DNA of 64,000 bases from an uncultured Bacteroidota bacterium (GTDB taxonomy: Bacteria > Bacteroidota > Bacteroidia > AKYH767-A > JABDAW01), in assembly GCA_903844645.1 (NCBI GenBank), contig CAIMUP010000027.1, forward strand, positions 6,547 through 70,546, written 5' to 3'. The first letter of the stretch is position 1, and every line of letters begins with the position of its first letter. Both the position numbers and the translations under genes were made by a program. Below are positions 1-10,744 of the stretch, in pieces. The notes beneath the pieces were generated by a model. The model made no database searches. It saw only the letters and a program-made list of their open reading frames with translations, and had not been told where the DNA came from.

Positions 1-83
1 ACTCCTTCGCAAATATATTGCGGATTATTCATCGGGTTTGCCTGCGAATTCGGGATGCTTTGGATGAAACAAATCTGATTCCG

Positions 84-956
84 ATGCAAGCCCTCACCTT
101 CTACCTGCTGCTGCCGTTTATTTATTTGTTATCGGTTCTTCCGTTTTGGATTATGTATCGGATTTCAGACTTTATGTACTTCATCTTGTATTACATTATT
201 CGGTATCGGAGGGAGGTGGTGTACAAAAACTTGCGCAAGTCATTCCCCGAAAAAAGCGACGAGGATCTCATTAAATTATCCAAGAAATTCTATGCCTATC
301 TCTGCGACTTAACCCTCGAGGCGTTGAAGAAATTAACCATGACCGAGGCGCAAACCCTAAAACATATCAAGTTTAAAGACACCACCGTCCTGGATAAATT
401 ATATGCCGAAAACAAAAGCATTATCCTGCTGATGGGGCATTACGGAAACTGGGAATGGGCGGGGTCTGCCTTCACTTTGCAAAGCAAATACCAGCTTTAT
501 GTCATCTACCAGCCGCTCTCGAATAAGCATTTCGAGAACCTGATGGTGAAAACTCGGACGATGTTCGGCACGAAGCTCATCAAAGTAAATGCTACCTTGC
601 GAGACATGATTGCGCTGAAGAATACGATGACCGCGACTGCCTTTATTGCCGATCAAACGCCGCCACCGGAGAGTGCTTATTGGACTTCTTTTCTGAATCA
701 GGAAACGCCAGTTTTTACCGGTGCCGAGAAGATTGGGAAGAAGTTGGATTTCCCCATCGTTTTCATTAATATTGACCGCATCCGGCGGGGGTATTATGAA
801 ATAACAGCCGAGCTTTTGGTGGAGCATCCCAAAGAGACGGCGGAGAATGAAATCTCTGAACTTTTCATCCAGCGATTGGAGCAGGAAATTCATCGAAAAC
901 CGGAGATATGGCTCTGGTCTCACAAAAGATGGAAGCACAAACGGGTGAAGAATTAA
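84..956 (+). CDS. LpxL/HtrB-family lipid A biosynthesis (lauroyl/myristoyl) acyltransferase
   Basis: N-terminal TM helix, then 'RYRREVVYKNLRKSFPEKS' and 'LLMGHYGNWEWAG', typical of the LpxL/lysophospholipid acyltransferase family. The ORF track starts at a TTG at 18; the ATG at 84 (MQALTFYLL...) fits the family N-terminus better. Start is uncertain. Confidence 0.7.
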   Translation: MQALTFYLLLPFIYLLSVLPFWIMYRISDFMYFILYYIIRYRREVVYKNLRKSFPEKSDEDLIKLSKKFYAYLCDLTLEALKKLTMTEAQTLKHIKFKDTTVLDKLYAENKSIILLMGHYGNWEWAGSAFTLQSKYQLYVIYQPLSNKHFENLMVKTRTMFGTKLIKVNATLRDMIALKNTMTATAFIADQTPPPESAYWTSFLNQETPVFTGAEKIGKKLDFPIVFINIDRIRRGYYEITAELLVEHPKETAENEISELFIQRLEQEIHRKPEIWLWSHKRWKHKRVKN

Positions 957-1020
957 GCAAACTTTCGTATTTATTCGTTGTAAAGAGGTCTAATTCCTGT
1001 TTGGGGAGGAGTAAAACCTG

Positions 1021-1196
1021 TTTGGATTGCTCCTCCCCAAGTTTGGATTGTTCCTCCCCAAGCTTGGATTGCTTCTCCCCAAGCTTGGATTGTTCCTCCC
1101 CAAGCTTGGATTGTTCCTCCCCAAGCTTGGATTGTTCCTCCCCAAGCTTGGATTGCTCCTCCCCAAGCTTGGATTGCTCCATTCCAAGCTTGGAAT
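1021..1196. repeat. Tandem array of 21-bp units (ttggattgttcctccccaagc), about 8 copies; begins with an 11-bp-stem hairpin (ttggggaggag...ctcctccccaa)
   Basis: Direct reading of 1000-1235. It lies between the convergent ends of the lpxL-like gene and the giant T9SS gene. A degenerate copy follows at 1211-1235. Confidence 0.9.
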
Positions 1197-1339
1197 TGTT
1201 TAAAACCAATTGGTTTTGCTCCTCCCCAAACAGGGAATATTCCAAAAGAAAAAGGTTTTGCCATTCATCCCGAAGGGAAAAATGCAAAACCTTTTTGAAT
1301 AAGATGGATGAAATCTTAACGGGGAATGGTATTTAGGAG

Positions 1340-4300
1340 CTATTCCACGACCACCTTCCGCTGCATCACACCGTCCTCATTCTGCATCAAAACAAGGTAC
1401 AGTCCTTTTGGAATTTCAGACAGATTCAATTCAATTTGGTTGTCGCCAACGACGGAAGTATGGTTTTGATTCATCATAATCCTGCCCATCACATCTATCA
1501 AACGGAGGGTGTAGGCTTGCTCTTTATCTGATGAAAAAACGATCGTCAAATGGTCCTTTGCGGGATTGGGATAAATGTTGAATGTCGCTAAACTCGCAAC
1601 ATCGCCCTCCTCCATTCTTGGTGCAGTCGTAAAAGTTTGCGCTGCACTGAAGCCCGAATTAACGGTTCCGCTGGCATTGCAATTGGCTTGAATTTGCCAA
1701 TCGTAAGCCGTATTATGCGTCAGTTGCGAGAAGGTATAATGGGTATTCGGGCTTATCGTGTGGGTACTCCAAATAGTAGCATTGTGCTTGCTGATTCGGA
1801 TGGTATAACCATAGTAACAAGTCGGCTGAATCCAATTAGCCATAGCCGTAGTTGCCGCGATATTGGTGGTCGCATTCACAGGGAATGTCGGGAAATTGCA
1901 AGCCCCTGGAATAAGAGTCGAAGCCATACCGGTGCAGCCATTCACGCTGGTAACGGTTACAGAATAAGAGCCTCCGGTATTAATAATAATGCCTTGGGAG
2001 GTAGCATTGGTATTCCAAAGATAAGCCGCGAAAACGGGGCTTGCCGTAAGCGAGGCATTACCGCCGCCACAAATATTGGCGAGGTTCGCAGAAATAATAT
2101 TGGGGATAGGAGCCGTAAGCACCGTAACCGATTGGTGTGCCGCAGCCGAACAATTCCCGCCATTAGAAACGGTTACATAGTAGATGCCCGTAGCAGAAAT
2201 AGTGATGGATTGAGTCGTTGCACCATTGCTCCAAAGGTATGCGGAATAAGTATTATTAGTTGATAAAGATGAATTGCCACCAGTGCATGTAGTGGTTGCT
2301 CCAACAATCGCCAAGCCTGTAATAGTAGGCGTTACCGTAATATTAATTTGAGCAGCGGCGGCAGTACAACCATGCGCATTGGTAACCGTAACTCGATATG
2401 GATTTGATGCAACAACGGTGATGGATTGGGTGATTGCTCCATTGCTCCAAAGGTACGATGAATAGGCACCGGCATTCAGCAATACAGAGCCTCCCTGGCA
2501 GAATGTAGTAGGACCATTCGGGATGATGGTAGGAATCGGATTCTGGTAAACAGTAACGGTAGTAGAAGCCGATGCCGAACATCCCTGGCCATTAGAAACT
2601 GTAACAGAATAAGTACCGGAAGCGGAAGCATTGATTGTCGCTGTTGAAGCTCCGTCGCTCCAAGAATAAGCCGTTCCACCCGATGCCGTTAAAGCAACGC
2701 TGCCACCAGCACAGAAGGCAGTGGGACCATTAGGAGTAATAATTGCAGTCAGGTTAGAATAGACCGTAACCGACAAGCAGGTAGTTCCTGAACATCCGTT
2801 CACATCCGTAACCGTAACACAGTAGGGCTGTGTACCGAATGCAGTAATAGTTTCAGCAGAAGAACCATCGTTCCATAAGTAGGAAGCATAACTCCCGGCA
2901 TCTAATGAAACCGAACCACCATCGCAGAAAGTAGTAGGACCATTAGGAGCAATGGATGGTGTAGGCAAAGCATTAATAGTAACATAAGTCGAGGCAACAC
3001 CAGTACAACCATTACCATCAGTTACGGTAACTTGTATAGCACCACCCGTCGCAGTTGTGATTAATTGAATAGTTTCAGAAGTACTCCACAAATAGGAAAT
3101 CCATGAACCAGCATCCAAAGAAACGGGTGTTCCTGCACATGTACTTGTAAGCCCCATAATAGTTGGTATTGGATTTGGATTCACAGCAACCGCAATTGAA
3201 GCCGTTCCGGTGCAGGTGTTAGCATTAGTAACTGTAACGATATAAATGCCACCGATTGTAGTAATGATTGTTTGGGTTGTTGCTCCATTGCTCCAAGAAT
3301 AAGAAATAAATGTTCCTGCATCAAGCATAACAGAGCCACCATCACAAAAGGTAGTGGAACCAATTGAGGTAATTACAGGAGTGGGATTTGGATTAATAGA
3401 AACTGTAATTGAAGCAGTACCGGTGCAGGTGTTCGCATCGGTAACAGTAACGCCGCAAATACCACTGCTCGCAACGGTGATTGTTTGAGTCGTTGCCCCA
3501 TTGCTCCAGGAATAAGAAGTAAAAGTACCAGCATCTAAAGTTACATTGCCACCATCACAAAAGGTAGTGTTTCCATTAGATGTAATAATTGGAGTTGGAG
3601 GGTTGGCACAAGGAGTACAATTTAAACTGAAAGATTCCGAAGCATCAATATCTCCACTTACAACAGTCCAATTAGCAGTTGAATACACAATGTCATCTAC
3701 CTGTATGCAAGAAAGATTAGGGTTATGGCTTGCCCAAAAGTGAGCGGTAGTTATGTTGTGATTATGTCCATTTGCAACATTCAAATTGTGAAGGTCATTA
3801 TAAGGACAAAAGAAATAAATTAATTCAGGATTGTGGCTCACGTCTAAGCTACTTATGTTATTATGATTACATTCCAAGACCGTGAGAGCAGTATTGTTGC
3901 TCACATCAAGGCTATTGATGAAATTGTTGGCAGGAGTAAGTTCAATAAGCGAGGTATTGAGACTCACATCTAAACTCGTCAGGTTATTATATGCACACTG
4001 CAAATAGAGAAGTGCCGTATTGTGGCTAACATCTAAATTATTTAGACTGTTGTCATAACATACCAAATCTGTAAGTGCGATGTTATGGCTTAAATCCAAG
4101 CTGCTTAATACGGTATTGTCGTAACAATACAATGTATTAAGCGCAGGGTTATTTGTAACATTTATGCTGGTAAGCAAATCATTCCAACAATATAAATCCG
4201 TAAGGGCTGTACAGTGGCTCACATCCAAGCTACTTAAAGAATTATTGCCAGAGCAATCCAAATACGTGAGTGCTGTGTTGTGACTCATATCTAAACTAAT

Positions 4301-7300
4301 TAAGTTGTTATAGTTAGAATAAATATTATTGTTACAATAAAGTGTTATAAGTGCAGTGTTGTGGGTAACATCTAAGTTATCTAACATATCATCAGCACAA
4401 TGCAATTCCGCAAGTGATGTATTGTTGCTCACATCTAAGTTGCTAATTTGATTTTGAGAACAATCCAAATATGTAAGGGCTATGTTGTGAGAAATATCAA
4501 AACTATTCAAGTAATTGTTGAAACATATTAATCCGGTAAGTGAGGTGAATGCTTCAATGCCAGTTAAACTAGAAATGAAAAGATGAGAAACATCCATAGT
4601 ACCATGAAATGCCTCCGCCTCACAAAATTGAATCTCTCCATCTCCATTAGTATTAATTGCAGTGTCAGCAAGCAAAGCTGTTTTGAACGCAGCATTGGGG
4701 ATGTTCACAATATCGGAGCAATTACAATTCAAACTAAAATGAGCATTAGCATCTACGTTATCAATCCAATAATTAGTTGAATAATCAACATCATCAACCT
4801 GTACACAGAAAAGGTTAGGATTATTAACGGCATTAAAAAACTCTAAATTGGTATTGTTGCCATTCGCAAGATTCAAACTAGTTAGAGTATTAAAGCTACA
4901 ATCAAAATTATTAAGAAGTGGATTGTGACTGACATCTAACATTGTTAATGAATTATTATAAGTTACTAATGCCTGAAGAGCCGCATTATTACTAACATCT
5001 AAGCTGCTTAACATATTATCATAACAATAAATATAAGTAAGAGCTGTGTTTTGGCTAAAATCTATATTAGTAAGTGAATTGCTGGAACACTCTAAATAAG
5101 TTAGTGCCGTGCAGTTCATCAGGTTTAAACTGTTTAATGAATTATTGGAACAATAGACTGTGTTGAGGGCAATGTTATGGCTGAAATCTAAACTTCCTAT
5201 AGGATTGCTGTAACAATATAAAGTAGCAAGTCCAGTAAAGGCTTCTATTCCAGTAAGGTCTGTAATACCTAAACTTGGTACATAAATATAATCTGCGAAA
5301 GCAGTTGCTTCACATACCTGTATTTCATTATCACCATTAGTGTTGATGGCTGTATTTGCAAGTAAATAGGCTTTAAAGTTAGCATCTGGAATGTTTACTA
5401 TGGGTGCACAAGCAGCACAATTTAAACTAAAGGAAGCAGTGGCATCAATACTTCCATTTCCAACTGTCCAATTAGCAGATGAATAAAAAATATCATCTAC
5501 CGTGATACACGAAAGATTTGGATTAAGGGTTGCATCGAAAAGTGTGATGTTTGTGTTGTTGCCATTGGCTACATTTAAACTATTCAGATTGTTATTGGCA
5601 GTGCTGAAAAGTATAAGTGCGGTGTTGTTAGTAACATCCAAAGTTGTCATTGAATTACCATAACATCTTAAATATTGAAGAGCGGTGTTGTGGCTAACAT
5701 CTAAAGTGGTTAGTATGTTTCTTCCACAATTCAAATCAGTTAAGGCAGTGTTGTGGCTCAAGTCCAAAGACAAAATGAAGTTATCGTAGCAATCCAACAT
5801 CACAATATTTGGAAAAGCTTCGATACCTGTAAGATCAAATATTCCACGGCTGTCAACTTGAATGTCTCCTGCAAAAGCATTGGCTTCGCAAACTTGTATT
5901 TCTCCATCTCCATTCGTATTGATGTCTGTTCGTCCAACTAAGTAGGCTTTAAAAATAGCATCGGGAATATTGACTACGACAATGCAATTGCAATTCAAAC
6001 TAAAAGTTGCTGATGCATCAATATTAAAATTAGAAACCGTCCAATTGGCATTTGCCCAAATAGTATCATCAACTGATATGCAAGATAGAGCAGCATTATT
6101 AATGGCACTAAAAGTAGTCATGTTGGTGTTGTTTCCATTAGCCACAGTCAGGTTAGTAAGTGCATTGTTTGTACATTGCAAATTGGTGAGCGAAGTATTA
6201 TGACTCATGTCTAAATTTGTGATGGAATTGTAGTTGCAATTCAGCGTGGTCAGAGCTGGATTGTTGCTGACATCTATGCTTGTTAGCATGTTATTATAAC
6301 AATTAATAGTAGTCAGAGCAGGATTGTGGCTGACATCTAAACTACTGAAATTATTATGGTCGCAGTACAAATAAACAAGCGCATGGTTATAAGATAAATC
6401 AACAGTGCTAATAGTATTCCCTCCGCACAACAAACCAGTGATATTTGGAAAATTCTGAATACCGGCTAACTGTGCAATACTCAAACCATTCACATCAATT
6501 GTTCCGGTAAAAGCATCGGCTTCACAGACTTGTATTTCGTTGTCGCCATTGGTATTAATAGCAGGATTCGCAAGCAAGGCTGCTTTGAAATTGGCATCAG
6601 GAATGTTTAAGATAGCAGTACAGGCACAATTGAGACTAAAACTTGCCCCTGAATCTATGCTGCCATTACCCACTGTCCAAGTAGTTGTTGCATAAGCTAC
6701 ATCATCCACTTTGATACAGGTAAGATCAGGATTATTACTTGCATCAAAAGCAGAGAAATCTGTATTGTGACCATTGGCAATGTTTAAGGTATTTAATACT
6801 GGGTTACCACTGCAATAAAAATTAGAAAGGGTAGTGTTTACACTAACATCCAAATGGAATATTGAATTATGAGTACAATCGAAGGTTATAAGCGCACTGT
6901 TATGGCTTATATCAATATCGGTAAGGTTGTTATAATCGCAATACAATTTACTAAGTCCCGCATTGTTGCTCACATCTAAAACTCCTAATGAGTTATCGCT
7001 ACAGCCCAAAATATTAAGGGCTGTATTATGACTCACATCTAAAAAAAACAAAGGGTTCGAGTAACAATATAGATAGCCAAGAGCCGAATTGTGACTCACA
7101 TCTAAACCAACAAGACTATTGCCATTGCATTGTAAACCTACGAGATTTGAATTCTGGCTTACATCTAAATGTACAATACTATTATAACTGCAATCCAATG
7201 TTTGCAAACTGGTATTTTGGGTAACATCCAGGCTATTGAAATTATTATGATTACAAACCAATACCGTAAGAGCCGTGTTATGACTAACATCCAAAGTATT

Positions 7301-8473
7301 CAAGCTATTATCATAACAATACAATTCTGTAATTCCAGTAAATGCTTCAATGCCTATCATATCCTGTATTCCGAGTAAAGAAACATTAATTGCCCCATGA
7401 TATGCAGCAGCTTCATAGACTTCTATTTCATTGTTATGGTTTGTATTAATAGTAGTATCGCTCACCAATGCAGCTTTGAAAATAGAATCCTGAAAATAGA
7501 CTATATCTGGAGTGGGACAAAACAGGCTGAAAGATGCTGCATTATCTATATTAACTGAAGCCAGCCAATGGGCAGTTGCCCAGGCTACGTTGTCCACTTG
7601 TATGCAGGTCAGGTAGGGGTTACCATTGGCATAAAAGGTGGAATTTAAGGCGGCATTATTTCCATTGGCTATATTCAAATAAATAACACTATTATTGAAA
7701 CAATCGAAAAAAGTAAGTGCAGAGTTGTGGCTTGCATCTATACTGGATATATAATTATTCCAACAAATGAAATAAGTAAGCGCAGGGTTGTGGCTTAAAT
7801 CTATATCGGTTAATAAATTATTGAAACAGGTAAAATATGTAAGTGTTGGGTTATTACTTACATCTATATGTGTGAGATAATTATAGGTACAGCTAAGGTT
7901 GGACAGATTCAGATTATGGCTGACATCTAAGCTGGTCAGGTGATTTTGATCGCAATCAAGCATAAAAAGTTGGGTGTTATTACTCACATCTAAAGTAGTC
8001 AAGTTATTCTCAGAAATTTCTAAGGAATCTAAAACTGGATTATGACTTATATCTATGCTGGTTAGGTTATTATTGAAGGCATTAATATGAGTAAGAGAGG
8101 TATTGTTGCTAAAGTTTAAGCTGCTTAGACGATTTTCATAGCACCCCAGACGAATAAGTGCAGTATTGTGGCTCAAATCTAAATCATATAGTACATTGGT
8201 ACTACAATCCAGGTTTAATAAATTTATAAAAGCCTCTATACCGGTTAAGTCGTGAATGCCCAAATTCGAGACATTAATTCCATTTATCTCTGTTCCGATA
8301 AATGCTTCTGCCTCCGACACCTGAATTTCTCCATCACCATTCGTGTTAATGTCCAATCTTCCTACCAAATAAGCTTTAAAAGCAGGGTCAGGAATATTCA
8401 CGTTTTGACCAGCAGCATTCATTACCATCAAGAATGCCAGAACAAGAGTTACTGTTGTTAAGATTTGTTTCAT
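1340..8473 (-). CDS. Giant T9SS-secreted surface protein (2377 aa): signal peptide, 6 tandem modules (N-cap 'NIPDxxFKAxL..INTNGDGEIQ' + about 10 22-residue LRR-like repeats 'LDVSHNTALTxLxCxxNxLTSLDVS'), about 10 Cys-containing Ig-like domains, an FN3-like domain, and a Por_Secre_tail C-terminal domain
   Basis: Signal peptide MKQILTTVTLVLAFLMVMNAAGQ. The N-cap motif recurs six times. The Ig-like domains follow the pattern '...TFCxGGSVxLxAG..SYxWSNGATTQTITV...'. The C-terminus 'IYPNPAKDHLTIVF...LSEIPKGLYLVLMQNEDGVMQRKVVVE' matches the T9SS sorting-domain consensus. Confidence 0.85.
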   Translation of the reverse strand: MKQILTTVTLVLAFLMVMNAAGQNVNIPDPAFKAYLVGRLDINTNGDGEIQVSEAEAFIGTEINGINVSNLGIHDLTGIEAFINLLNLDCSTNVLYDLDLSHNTALIRLGCYENRLSSLNFSNNTSLTHINAFNNNLTSIDISHNPVLDSLEISENNLTTLDVSNNTQLFMLDCDQNHLTSLDVSHNLNLSNLSCTYNYLTHIDVSNNPTLTYFTCFNNLLTDIDLSHNPALTYFICWNNYISSIDASHNSALTFFDCFNNSVIYLNIANGNNAALNSTFYANGNPYLTCIQVDNVAWATAHWLASVNIDNAASFSLFCPTPDIVYFQDSIFKAALVSDTTINTNHNNEIEVYEAAAYHGAINVSLLGIQDMIGIEAFTGITELYCYDNSLNTLDVSHNTALTVLVCNHNNFNSLDVTQNTSLQTLDCSYNSIVHLDVSQNSNLVGLQCNGNSLVGLDVSHNSALGYLYCYSNPLFFLDVSHNTALNILGCSDNSLGVLDVSNNAGLSKLYCDYNNLTDIDISHNSALITFDCTHNSIFHLDVSVNTTLSNFYCSGNPVLNTLNIANGHNTDFSAFDASNNPDLTCIKVDDVAYATTTWTVGNGSIDSGASFSLNCACTAILNIPDANFKAALLANPAINTNGDNEIQVCEADAFTGTIDVNGLSIAQLAGIQNFPNITGLLCGGNTISTVDLSYNHALVYLYCDHNNFSSLDVSHNPALTTINCYNNMLTSIDVSNNPALTTLNCNYNSITNLDMSHNTSLTNLQCTNNALTNLTVANGNNTNMTTFSAINNAALSCISVDDTIWANANWTVSNFNIDASATFSLNCNCIVVVNIPDAIFKAYLVGRTDINTNGDGEIQVCEANAFAGDIQVDSRGIFDLTGIEAFPNIVMLDCYDNFILSLDLSHNTALTDLNCGRNILTTLDVSHNTALQYLRCYGNSMTTLDVTNNTALILFSTANNNLNSLNVANGNNTNITLFDATLNPNLSCITVDDIFYSSANWTVGNGSIDATASFSLNCAACAPIVNIPDANFKAYLLANTAINTNGDNEIQVCEATAFADYIYVPSLGITDLTGIEAFTGLATLYCYSNPIGSLDFSHNIALNTVYCSNNSLNSLNLMNCTALTYLECSSNSLTNIDFSQNTALTYIYCYDNMLSSLDVSNNAALQALVTYNNSLTMLDVSHNPLLNNFDCSFNTLTSLNLANGNNTNLEFFNAVNNPNLFCVQVDDVDYSTNYWIDNVDANAHFSLNCNCSDIVNIPNAAFKTALLADTAINTNGDGEIQFCEAEAFHGTMDVSHLFISSLTGIEAFTSLTGLICFNNYLNSFDISHNIALTYLDCSQNQISNLDVSNNTSLAELHCADDMLDNLDVTHNTALITLYCNNNIYSNYNNLISLDMSHNTALTYLDCSGNNSLSSLDVSHCTALTDLYCWNDLLTSINVTNNPALNTLYCYDNTVLSSLDLSHNIALTDLVCYDNSLNNLDVSHNTALLYLQCAYNNLTSLDVSLNTSLIELTPANNFINSLDVSNNTALTVLECNHNNISSLDVSHNPELIYFFCPYNDLHNLNVANGHNHNITTAHFWASHNPNLSCIQVDDIVYSTANWTVVSGDIDASESFSLNCTPCANPPTPIITSNGNTTFCDGGNVTLDAGTFTSYSWSNGATTQTITVASSGICGVTVTDANTCTGTASITVSINPNPTPVITSIGSTTFCDGGSVMLDAGTFISYSWSNGATTQTIITTIGGIYIVTVTNANTCTGTASIAVAVNPNPIPTIMGLTSTCAGTPVSLDAGSWISYLWSTSETIQLITTATGGAIQVTVTDGNGCTGVASTYVTINALPTPSIAPNGPTTFCDGGSVSLDAGSYASYLWNDGSSAETITAFGTQPYCVTVTDVNGCSGTTCLSVTVYSNLTAIITPNGPTAFCAGGSVALTASGGTAYSWSDGASTATINASASGTYSVTVSNGQGCSASASTTVTVYQNPIPTIIPNGPTTFCQGGSVLLNAGAYSSYLWSNGAITQSITVVASNPYRVTVTNAHGCTAAAAQINITVTPTITGLAIVGATTTCTGGNSSLSTNNTYSAYLWSNGATTQSITISATGIYYVTVSNGGNCSAAAHQSVTVLTAPIPNIISANLANICGGGNASLTASPVFAAYLWNTNATSQGIIINTGGSYSVTVTSVNGCTGMASTLIPGACNFPTFPVNATTNIAATTAMANWIQPTCYYGYTIRISKHNATIWSTHTISPNTHYTFSQLTHNTAYDWQIQANCNASGTVNSGFSAAQTFTTAPRMEEGDVASLATFNIYPNPAKDHLTIVFSSDKEQAYTLRLIDVMGRIMMNQNHTSVVGDNQIELNLSEIPKGLYLVLMQNEDGVMQRKVVVE

Positions 8474-8716
8474 GTTATTTATTATTAAAATTGTTTAAAA
8501 GATTCCATATTTATTTGGATTTGGCAAACCTACTAAAACATTCGACACTTCCGCTCGATGCAAAATAGGGTGTCCCCCGATCATCCATCAGCACCTTGTA
8601 ATTTCATTCATTTTTTTTAATTTTAATTGGATTAATATATATTAATTTTACTGTATTCTACTTGAAATCGCAGTGTTTGTAACTCCCTCCATCCCAGAAA
8701 GAGTTATCGCTGGCTT

Positions 8717-8864
8717 GGAAATAGTTATGGCTGCCGTGGAAATAGTTATGGCTGGCGTGGAAATAGTTGTGGCTGCCGTGGAAATAGTTATGGCTGGCGT
8801 GGAAATAGTTATAGCTGGCGTGGAAATAGTTATGGCTGGCGTGGAAATAGTTATCGCCAGCCCA
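8717..8864. repeat. Tandem array of 21-bp units (gaaatagttatggctggcgtg), about 7 copies, in a divergent promoter region
   Basis: Direct reading. It lies between the divergent starts of the 2377-aa gene (8473) and the SBBP gene (9053). The terminal unit carries an inverted variant (gctggc/gccagc). Confidence 0.9.
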
Positions 8865-9009
8865 GACGGAACTCTATTTTTCGGAATTTTATACCCCATC
8901 GCGAACCATTTTGAAGAAGTTTTCCTGCGAACAGGTACCGCCGAAGCTGACCTTGCAGCTTCGGGTAAAAGTAGTACAGTTAATACCAAACCTCTTTCCA
9001 TTCCCCTGC

Positions 9010-9030
9010 CATTTCCTATTTTCGCGGCAT
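9010..9030 (+). promoter_or_regulatory. Candidate Bacteroidota sigma-A -7 element 'TATTTTCG' inside a motif (ttttcgcggc[a/t]ttaataa) that recurs upstream of paaZ
   Basis: 'tattttcgcggcattaataa' sits about 30 bp upstream of the ATG at 9053. The near-identical 'tattttcgcggcttaataa' sits about 30 bp upstream of the ATG at 24112. It resembles the Bacteroidetes TAnnTTTG -7 consensus. Confidence 0.3.
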
Positions 9031-9052
9031 TAATAACATAATAAAAAGTAGT

Positions 9053-10705
9053 ATGAAGACAATAATAGGGTTCGTAATTCAATTAGTAATGATGGCTGGC
9101 ATCGCGAATGCGCAGAATCAAACGTGGCAATGGGCACATGGCTTCGGGGGAGGCAATGGCGACCAAAGCCTTTGCATCGCTGCCGATAGCTGGGGCAACT
9201 CCTACATCACGGGGTTTTATGGAAGCGACAGTATTCACTTCGGCAATTCGACGATTATTAATCATGGCAGCTCCGATATATTCATCGCGAAGTACAATAC
9301 CCTTGGCGACGCTATCTGGGCAAAAGGGTTCGGGAATGCAGGAGCCGATATTGCCCATGGTATCACGACGGATAGTTACGGCAATATCTATATCACAGGA
9401 TATTTTACCAGTGCTACCATCACCTTCGGGACATTCACGCTGAATAACCAGGGCGAGAACGACTTCTTCCTCGTAAAGTTAGATTCCGCAGGAACGGTGC
9501 AGTGGGCTAAGAGTGCCGGCGGGCAGTGGAATGAATATGGTTACTGCATCACGGCAGATCACGTTGGGAATATTTATGTGAGCGGGTATTATGAGAGTCC
9601 TATCATCACGCTTGGGACTGCCACCTTCACGAATTGGTATAGCTGCGGACAATACATCAGTTGGTTCGTGGCGAAGTTCGATGGTTCGGGGAATAACCTC
9701 TGGAGCACCTGCCCGAATAGTTGCGGAACCATCTACGGAATGCATTGCGACGATGCGAATAACCTCTTTCTTGCTGGTACTTACCAAAGCGACAGCACGG
9801 ATTTCGGGAATAATATCTACCTCTTAAACAATGGCGGAGCAGATGCCTTCATAGCCAAATACTCTTCCACAGGAACCATTCAGTGGGCGAAACAAATTGC
9901 AGGAACTGACTACGACTGGGGGCAGTGTGTTACCACAGACCCTGCCGGCAATGCGTACATCAGCGGGGACTTCTTAAGTCCTACGTTATCGGTTGGGAAT
10001 ACCACGCTCACGAACCACGGAAACTACGATATTTACCTTGCCAAATATACCAATGCAGGCAACTTCGTGTGGGCACGATGTGTCGGCGATACCGCCAGCG
10101 ACAATCCCATGGCAATCTGCACGGACAACTGGTGTTATGTCTATTTAAGCGGTGCGTATGGCAGTGGGCATCTCACCTTTGGCACGCATACGATTGCGAA
10201 TAATGGCTTCACGAATGCCTTCATTGCCAAATACGATTCCGCTGGCACTGCCGTCTGGGCAACGAACCTCGGAGGCAGCAATTTCGATTACGGCTACTCC
10301 ATCACTACTGATGGAAACAACAATATTTACCATACCTCCACCTTCAGCAGCAGTACGATTACGTATGGCAGTCAGGAGGTCTCCGACATTGGCAACTATG
10401 ACGGAGTGGTGGGCAAATTGTCTTACCTCGCGACGGATGTTATGAACCCATTTCAGCCCTCCCCTACCGCCCTTTACCCGAATCCCAACAACGGTTCGTT
10501 CACTATTACTAACACCAACCATTCTCTCGCTACCCGCCTGATGATTACCGATCTCTCGGGCAGGGAAATTGTTGGTTATACTCTGAATCCGAACAGGGAT
10601 ACCGAAGCCATTACGTTGCATCTATCAAGTGGCATTTACTTCTGGCAATTAATCACCGCAGAAGGCACGGTAGATAAAGGCAAATTGGTCATTATCGGTA
10701 ATTAA
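9053..10705 (+). CDS. T9SS-secreted beta-propeller (SBBP-type repeat) protein
   Basis: Signal peptide. Repeated 'SYGNIYITGYF / GNIYVSGYY / GNAYISGDF' beta-propeller-repeat motifs. C-terminus 'ALYPNPNNGSFTITNT...LSSGIYFWQLITAEGTVDKGKLVIIGN' is a Por_Secre_tail. Confidence 0.8.
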   Translation: MKTIIGFVIQLVMMAGIANAQNQTWQWAHGFGGGNGDQSLCIAADSWGNSYITGFYGSDSIHFGNSTIINHGSSDIFIAKYNTLGDAIWAKGFGNAGADIAHGITTDSYGNIYITGYFTSATITFGTFTLNNQGENDFFLVKLDSAGTVQWAKSAGGQWNEYGYCITADHVGNIYVSGYYESPIITLGTATFTNWYSCGQYISWFVAKFDGSGNNLWSTCPNSCGTIYGMHCDDANNLFLAGTYQSDSTDFGNNIYLLNNGGADAFIAKYSSTGTIQWAKQIAGTDYDWGQCVTTDPAGNAYISGDFLSPTLSVGNTTLTNHGNYDIYLAKYTNAGNFVWARCVGDTASDNPMAICTDNWCYVYLSGAYGSGHLTFGTHTIANNGFTNAFIAKYDSAGTAVWATNLGGSNFDYGYSITTDGNNNIYHTSTFSSSTITYGSQEVSDIGNYDGVVGKLSYLATDVMNPFQPSPTALYPNPNNGSFTITNTNHSLATRLMITDLSGREIVGYTLNPNRDTEAITLHLSSGIYFWQLITAEGTVDKGKLVIIGN

Positions 10706-10744
10706 GCTCGCCTCCCGCAGCGCGAGGCGGTACCTCCCACAATA

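Noticed and set aside
399-938. Antisense and overlapping ORFs inside annotated genes (e.g. 399..938 -, 1637..2263 +, 35429..36130 -, 19016..19786 +, 32717..33118 -)
   Set aside because: They lie entirely within longer ORFs that have strong family signatures on the opposite strand or in another frame. Their composition is low-complexity or Arg/Gly-rich, typical of antisense GC-skewed frames.
865-1336. ORF-track proteins with heptad repeats (SPSLDCS..., EEQSKLG..., and similar ones at 8648-9082, 14853-15143, 33732-34253, 37399-38102, 52267-52652) as real repetitive proteins
   Set aside because: They are translations of the 21-bp DNA arrays, which are multiples of 3 bp, so they give open frames on both strands. 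They are short, overlap each other in several frames, and lack starts with RBS context. They are non-coding repeat artefacts.
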